NCBI GenBank assembly: GCA_031288175.1
Contig: JAITRW010000024.1
Coordinates: forward strand, 5,913-69,912
Length of the DNA: 64,000 nt
Origin: Tannerellaceae bacterium
Lineage (GTDB): Bacteria; Bacteroidota; Bacteroidia; Bacteroidales; Tannerellaceae
Direction: 5' to 3'
This document shows, in pieces, positions 59,043 to 64,000 of this stretch (the first letter of the stretch is position 1; the number at the start of each line of letters is the position of its first letter). The notes under the pieces were generated by a model. The model saw only the letters and a list, made by a program, of their open reading frames with translations, made no database searches and was not told the DNA's origin. The position numbers were made by a program, and so were the translations under genes.

Positions 59043-59871
59043 GTAATAGTTCTCCCATACAATCGTACGATAGGGGACGAATCGTAACCGTCCTACAGCC
59101 TGTCTCCTGAGCTACGGCCTCTACGTTTTTAGTGTCAAACTCCTCCTGGATGAAGGCAATCCTGGCTCTCAACCGTTTTGCTTGGTCTACCAACCCTTGC
59201 ATCTGTATCGGGCTTGGCTCTTTTCCTTCTTTTTCGACGCTCAACTGGACGAGATGAAACTCGCGGGCAAAGTAGGTCAGTGTTGGGTGGTAGATAATAA
59301 AGCTCTGTCCCTCAAAAGGCTGTAACATCTTGATGACGGTAGCTTCCGTGTTCCGGAGGGCATCCGTCAGTTTAATGTAGTTAGCTTCATAAGCCGCCCC
59401 GTGCTTTGGGTCAAGTGCTTTGAAAGCCTTCAAAACGTTATAGGCAATTATTTTGGCTCCTTCGAAGGAGTTCCAGATATGAGGATCTGCCGCATGAGAA
59501 TGACCTGCGTGGCTTTCCCCCGTATTTTCCCAAACCATCCCCTCGGACAGATCGAAGACGGGCAGTCCCGGATTATTTTTCCGAATAGCTTCCATCCAGA
59601 CTTGCTCAAAACCAAGGTGTCCGATCCGCAAATACGCAGCGCTCTGCTGGATGGATATCATTTGCTGGGGTGTCGGATCATAGGTCTCAGGGCTTTGTCC
59701 CGCCGGAACGACGACATTGGCTTTAAAGCGCCCTCCTCCGATCTTTTCCACAAAAAAACGCTGAGGTTCAATGGTGACGGAGACACATAGCGGTTCCTTC
59801 GCTTCACCCGTCGGCCGTTTTGCACAGGCAGGGAGCAGGAGCAAAATAAAAAAAAGAACCCTATTCCACAT
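59005..59871 (-). CDS. znuA: metal ABC transporter substrate-binding lipoprotein (ZnuA/TroA family)
   Basis: Lipobox LLLPAC. Contains SPETYDP, the His-rich loop [15 protein letters not shown], and a cluster-9 SBP layout. Confidence 0.85.
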   Translation of the reverse strand: MWNRVLFFILLLLPACAKRPTGEAKEPLCVSVTIEPQRFFVEKIGGGRFKANVVVPAGQSPETYDPTPQQMISIQQSAAYLRIGHLGFEQVWMEAIRKNNPGLPVFDLSEGMVWENTGESHAGHSHAADPHIWNSFEGAKIIAYNVLKAFKALDPKHGAAYEANYIKLTDALRNTEATVIKMLQPFEGQSFIIYHPTLTYFAREFHLVQLSVEKEGKEPSPIQMQGLVDQAKRLRARIAFIQEEFDTKNVEAVAQETGCRTVTIRPLSYDCMGELLRVARIFAGENLD

Positions 59872-60937
59872 ACATCTTTTGCCTCAATAGGAAATCAAGG
59901 ATCGTGATAGCCGCCATCGCCTCTACCACCGGTACCGCACGAGGGAGGACACAAGGATCATGACGCCCCTTTACCTTGAGCGTCGTGGGCGTTCCCGTAA
60001 GGGTCACCGTCTCCTGCTCTTTCAACACTGTGGCGACGGCTTTGAAGGCTACGCGGAAATAAATAGTTTCCCCGTTGGATATACCGCCCTGTATACCTCC
60101 GGAGTAGTTAGTTTTTGTTCGAATCGTTCCTTGATCATTCAAGAAGACGTCATTGTGTTGGGAACCGGAATATAGGGGCGCATCGAAACCATCGCCGTAA
60201 TCAAATCCTTTGGCAGCATTGATGCTCAACATCGCCCGTGCAAGGGTGGCCTGAAGTTTGTCGAACACAGGTTCGCCCACACCCGCCGGAACACCCATTA
60301 TTACACATGTCACTATCCCACCTACCGTATCGCCGTCGGCCTGTACCTCCTTGATCAAGGATTCCATCTCCAATGCTTTTACCACATCGGGACAACGCAC
60401 GGCGTTTGTTTCGGTTACCGACAGGTCATACGCTTCGTAAGTTCCTTCCAAACGGACCTTCCCCACTTGCGAAGTATAACCCCGTATCTCTATGCCTTGT
60501 GAACGAAGAATCTGCTTGGCCACCGCTCCCGCCACACAACGGGCTACCGTCTCACGGGCCGAAGAACGGCCGCCTCCACGAGGATCGCGGAGGCCATATT
60601 TCACTTGATACGTGTAATCGGCATGAGAGGGACGGAACTTTTGACTTATCTCGGCGTAATCGGATGAATGTGAATCCTCGTTGCGCACAATAAAAGCGAT
60701 GGGGGTACCGGTAGTTTTTCCTTCATAGAGACCGGAGAGGAACTCCACTTCGTCACTCTCCCGCCGGGAAGTGGTAATACCGGATTGGCCGGGGCGACGA
60801 CGTGCCAATTCATTCCCGATACTTTTCACATCAACAAGCACACGCGGCGGACAACCGTCTATCACACCACCGATCCCTTTTCCATGAGATTCCCCGAAAG
60901 TGGTAAGGCGGAAAATTTCTCCAAAGCTATTTGACAT
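59861..60937 (-). CDS. aroC: chorismate synthase
   Basis: [33 protein letters not shown]. Confidence 0.95.
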   Translation of the reverse strand: MSNSFGEIFRLTTFGESHGKGIGGVIDGCPPRVLVDVKSIGNELARRRPGQSGITTSRRESDEVEFLSGLYEGKTTGTPIAFIVRNEDSHSSDYAEISQKFRPSHADYTYQVKYGLRDPRGGGRSSARETVARCVAGAVAKQILRSQGIEIRGYTSQVGKVRLEGTYEAYDLSVTETNAVRCPDVVKALEMESLIKEVQADGDTVGGIVTCVIMGVPAGVGEPVFDKLQATLARAMLSINAAKGFDYGDGFDAPLYSGSQHNDVFLNDQGTIRTKTNYSGGIQGGISNGETIYFRVAFKAVATVLKEQETVTLTGTPTTLKVKGRHDPCVLPRAVPVVEAMAAITILDFLLRQKMYVE

Positions 60938-60954
60938 CTCCGCTTCCGAAACCT

Positions 60955-61506
60955 TTAATGGCAGCTACCTCCACAACCGCCTTCGCAACCGCAGGAAGAT
61001 GATGGCGAAAGATCGGCAAGTTCTTCCACCGTGGGTTCGCGCACTTCAAGGACTTGGCCTTCAAAATGCAGTGTTTCTCCTGCCAAGGGGTGATTGAAGT
61101 CCATCACCACTATGTCCTCCCTTACCTCTACCACTACCCCTTCCAAACGCTTACCCTCTGTGTCGTACATGGGGATGATCTTGTCCACCTTGACGATTTC
61201 TTCGTCGAATTTACCATTTATATGAAACGAACTCTTTGGTATTTGTGTCACGTGATCGTCATGATAATCCCCGTAAGCTTCCTCGCAACGGAGGGTAAAC
61301 TTGAACGTATCACCTGCCTTCTTCCCTTTGAGCTGTGCCTCAAACGAGGCCAGCATTAACCCTGCTCCGAAGATGAACCTCATGGGTTTTTCGGTGCTTG
61401 CCTTTTCCATGAGTTCGTATTCTTCTCCCTCTTCTTCATCTCCAACATGAAGCTCGTAGGCTACTTCCACATATTTGCCCGTAGCAATTTTCATCGTTTC
61501 ATTCAT
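60955..61506 (-). CDS. slyD: FKBP-type peptidyl-prolyl isomerase, SlyD-like, with a Cys/Gly-rich C-terminal tail
   Basis: FKBP plus insert-in-flap layout ([25 protein letters not shown]). Tail [15 protein letters not shown]. Start placed downstream of the minus-strand TAccTTTG box at 61532..61539; 61512, 61506 and 61494 are all possible. Confidence 0.82.
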   Translation of the reverse strand: MNETMKIATGKYVEVAYELHVGDEEEGEEYELMEKASTEKPMRFIFGAGLMLASFEAQLKGKKAGDTFKFTLRCEEAYGDYHDDHVTQIPKSSFHINGKFDEEIVKVDKIIPMYDTEGKRLEGVVVEVREDIVVMDFNHPLAGETLHFEGQVLEVREPTVEELADLSPSSSCGCEGGCGGSCH

Positions 61507-61663
61507 ATACATCCCTTTATTTTTCACTTCACAAAGGTACGCAAAAGGGTGGAACATCTTTCACCCTTTTCCTTAGGCCGACACCGATGCTATTACTATC
61601 ATTCACGTAATATTTCGCTTAAATTTTTCTTGACTGTTTTTGCAAGGGTATAAACTTATCCGA

Positions 61664-61671
61664 TACCTTTG
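61664..61671 (+). promoter_or_regulatory. promoter: -7 box TAccTTTG with a TTTG -33 element 21 nt upstream (61639..61642)
   Basis: Both elements match the Bacteroidota consensus with canonical spacing. The promoter lies 71 nt before the 61742 ATG. Confidence 0.6.
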
Positions 61672-61741
61672 GTCGTTCCCATCTGAACTCTTGTCTGTCT
61701 CTGAAAAGCAATAAAAGGATAACAATTTATACAAATCGACC

Positions 61742-62727
61742 ATGGTGTATATTAGACGTTTTATCAAGAAAATTAGACGTTTTATTAGAGAACAGTTCCC
61801 TACCCTGAGGAGTAGATATATTTGGACCAAGTCGATACCTTTTGCCTCATTTGCCAAGCCGACATTTTTCTATAATTGTTCCGGTAACCGTGACACTTGT
61901 TGTTTCGTACTGGCAGGCTATAAAGAGTATCTGTGGGATATTGTTTTTAATCGATTGAAACATTTTGTCCCTGAAAACGTGGAAGTGTGTATTGTGTCTT
62001 CGGGTTTATTTTCGGAGAAACTTTATAAAATAACCAAAGAGAATCACTGGTCATATCTCTGCACGAAACGGAACTCGGTAACTCTTGCCCTTAATACAGC
62101 TATACGAGCTTTTCCGGCAGTTCAAAATATATATAAGGTTGACGAAGATATTTTTGTGACCCGGAATTTTTTCACGAAGCTACGTGAATGTTACGAACGT
62201 TGCGAGCAGGACAGTGACTATTTCCCTGCATTTGTAGCCCCCCTAATTCCTCTTAATGGTTACGGTCACTTACGAATCCTCAAGCATTTAGGTCTGGTGA
62301 ATGAATACACGTCTTTGTTTGAAAGGCCAAGATATACCACCGGATTAACGACAATGATTGAAAGTAGCTCTGAATCAGCAAAATATATATGGGGGGGGGG
62401 ATTCCGCACATTGATGTATTAGACGAAAAGTTAGGAGGGCAAGAGTTTGCCTTTTCTCCATGTCCCATTCGATTCTCTATCGGAGCGATATTCTTTAAAC
62501 GGGAAACCTGGGAAAAGATGGAGTATTTTGACGTAGATAGAAGTTCCGGTATAGGCGACGACGAAGTACAGTTATGTTCGCTGGCAATGACCCAATCCCG
62601 TGCGATTATTGTTTGCGAAAATACTGTAGTTGGACATTTATCTTTCAGCCCACAAAATGTAGCGATGAAAGAATATTTCCTATCCCACCCCGAGCGCTTC
62701 CGGATAGCATCTCTAAAAACAGTGTAA
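61742..62727 (+). pseudogene. glycosyltransferase-like gene (GT-A-type, DED/DD motifs) split by a G10 tract
   Basis: Track ORFs 61742..62422 and 62389..62727 are adjacent frames joined at G10 (62391..62400). With 11 or 8 Gs they fuse to ...AKYIWGGGIPHIDVLDEKLGG.... Motifs KVDEDIFV and GIGDDEVQL suggest a nucleotide-sugar transferase. The family is not firmly recognised. Confidence 0.6.
62391..62400 (+). repeat. G10 homopolymer at the frameshift point of the glycosyltransferase-like gene
   Basis: Read directly: atatatggggggggggattcc. Confidence 0.95.
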
Positions 62728-62736
62728 AAACTTTGC

Positions 62737-62744
62737 TATCTTTG
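62737..62744 (+). promoter_or_regulatory. -7 promoter box TAtcTTTG upstream of the C10 peptidase gene
   Basis: Consensus match, 37 nt before the ATG at 62781. Confidence 0.5.
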
Positions 62745-62780
62745 TACATGAGTAAACGTTTAATTTTTGAATCCTCAGCT

Positions 62781-64000
62781 ATGAGAAAGTTTTTCAGTTT
62801 GTTTTTCTTAGGGTTTGCTCTCTTTGTCATTGGGTGTACAGGCGAGAGCGATTTGTCGAATGGCCAAGTTAATAATTTGGAAGAACCTCTCTTCACCGAA
62901 GCGGAGTTGAAGGTATTGTACCAAATGCGAAACGAGGATTACAAAGTAAGCGTAGAGGAGGCGACAAAGTTCGCGGGAGAAGTGATCACTTTTTTGGATG
63001 GGACCTCAGTCGTCAAATCGGGGAGATCCCGGAATATCCGTTCGGTTGTGCCCGTCAGGTGGGAAAATAAGCCGGTAACCCTCCGTTCGATGAGCGAAGC
63101 AGATATTGAATATCCGGATACGGTGGTATACATTTTTAATTTCGGGGAAGAAGATGGATATGCCATTGTTGCTGCAGATACCAGGATTGATGCCTCCGTA
63201 TTGGCATACACAGGAAGCGGTTCATTGGGAGTCGAAACCGATAATCCGGGATTGGGACTGTTCTTGGAGGGAGCAGAAAATTATATACAACGTTCTATTG
63301 TGGAGGCCGAACAGCGGAAAGATTCTTTGATGGATGATATTATTGCTAAGCTGGAAAGTGAGACTGACACAAAACCGCTGTACACAAAGAGGGAGGATCC
63401 TATGTATTCGCTGGAGGCCGTAGAGACAAAGATATTAGGAGAGATAGAAACGGTCAACCATGTATCTCCCCTTTCCCGGGTAGAATGGGGACAAGGAGAT
63501 GCAAGGAACGAACCTTTTTGGAGAAACGTCAGGTATAACAATTGTACGTCTGGTACATCTCCTGCCGGATGTGTAGCCGTAGCTGTGGCCCATATTATGT
63601 CTTACTGGAAATATCCGACAAGTATTGATGGGAAAAGCTTTAACTGGACAGAATTAAATAAATATACGAGTTTTCCGTCAATCACACGTACGAATAGATA
63701 TAAAAATTGGATACAGGAAATAGATTATGCCCCAGAAGAGATAAAAACACAAGCGGCCAATTTGATGGAAAGTATAGGGAGCAAGGTAGGAATGGAATAC
63801 GGATGTAATGGAAGTGGAGCGTTTTCTGAGAATGCAATTAGTTATTTGAAAAGTATAAATTACGGGGGAGGGGATAAATCCGATTATGATTATAATAAAG
63901 TTAAATCATCCTTGAACAATGAGCGACCTGTATATATAGATGGATATGCTTATAAAACTACATACAAACATGCGCATAAATTTTTAGGGATTACATTGTA
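62781..64000 (+). CDS. peptidase C10 (streptopain/SpeB-like) family cysteine protease lipoprotein, 3'-truncated by the window edge
   Basis: Not in the ORF track because it runs off the window. I translated it by hand with no stop over 406 codons. Lipobox FVIGC, an N-terminal propeptide/inhibitor-like region, and the catalytic-Cys region VEWGQGDARNEPFW...SPAGCVAVAVAHIMSYWKYP typical of C10 enzymes. Confidence 0.78.
   Translation, partial: MRKFFSLFFLGFALFVIGCTGESDLSNGQVNNLEEPLFTEAELKVLYQMRNEDYKVSVEEATKFAGEVITFLDGTSVVKSGRSRNIRSVVPVRWENKPVTLRSMSEADIEYPDTVVYIFNFGEEDGYAIVAADTRIDASVLAYTGSGSLGVETDNPGLGLFLEGAENYIQRSIVEAEQRKDSLMDDIIAKLESETDTKPLYTKREDPMYSLEAVETKILGEIETVNHVSPLSRVEWGQGDARNEPFWRNVRYNNCTSGTSPAGCVAVAVAHIMSYWKYPTSIDGKSFNWTELNKYTSFPSITRTNRYKNWIQEIDYAPEEIKTQAANLMESIGSKVGMEYGCNGSGAFSENAISYLKSINYGGGDKSDYDYNKVKSSLNNERPVYIDGYAYKTTYKHAHKFLGITL

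Noticed and set aside
61751-61785. ATTAGACGTTTTAT repeated 21 nt apart (61751..61764 and 61772..61785) at the very 5' end of the glycosyltransferase-like ORF.
   Set aside because: It is most simply an in-frame 7-codon duplication encoding IRRFIKK/IRRFIRE in a basic N-terminal segment. It could be a regulatory direct repeat, but I have no evidence beyond the duplication itself.
61603-61857. An 84-aa minus-strand ORF in the slyD/glycosyltransferase intergenic region.
   Set aside because: It spans the + strand promoter (61639..61671) and the 5' end of the glycosyltransferase-like gene. It has no upstream promoter box or recognisable motifs and is likely spurious.

Overview
This window looks like a chromosomal segment of a Bacteroidota (Bacteroidales-like) genome. 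The reasons are many TAnnTTTG '-7' promoter boxes just upstream of genes, no Shine-Dalgarno spacing logic, a SusC/SusD pair, an LptE-SecG neighbourhood and lipoprotein signal peptides. All product calls come from motif recognition by eye, since no searches were run.

The content is mostly tightly packed housekeeping genes:
- Metabolism: prs, lysC, thiD, aroQ, argH, purB, thyA, leuA, nadK, aroC, manA, cdsA.
- DNA and RNA functions: recN, argS, mazG, rnhB, gyrB, mnmG, miaA, nth, tsaD.
- Envelope, secretion and Fe-S assembly: lgt, secG, sufS, sufB.
- RNA genes: two tRNAs (Thr-UGU, Pro-UGG) and a candidate SRP RNA.

gyrB, mnmG and two identical perfect parS palindromes suggest the region lies near the replication origin.

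I did not recognise any known defence or mobile system beyond one lone tyrosine recombinase. The observations most worth follow-up are:
1. G/C homopolymer tracts in envelope genes. Two of them break the reading frame: susC at a C8 tract and a glycosyltransferase-like gene at a G10 tract.
2. A run of four unannotated micro-ORFs for single-TM peptides upstream of prs. Two of them share a 58/60-nt identical 3' module.
3. A secreted aromatic-rich low-complexity protein paired with a FadL-like barrel.
4. A siroheme sulfite/nitrite-reductase::TusA fusion near an orphan PstB-like ATPase and a stand-alone JAMM protein. An 18-bp palindrome (ATACCAC-N4-TGGTAT type) occurs upstream of two of these units.
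5. A perfect 13-bp palindrome carrying -7 boxes for both divergent genes gyrB and a KpsF-like gene.
6. An AT-rich block of about 9 kb (39.5-48.6 kb) whose borders coincide with broken leu and suf operons.
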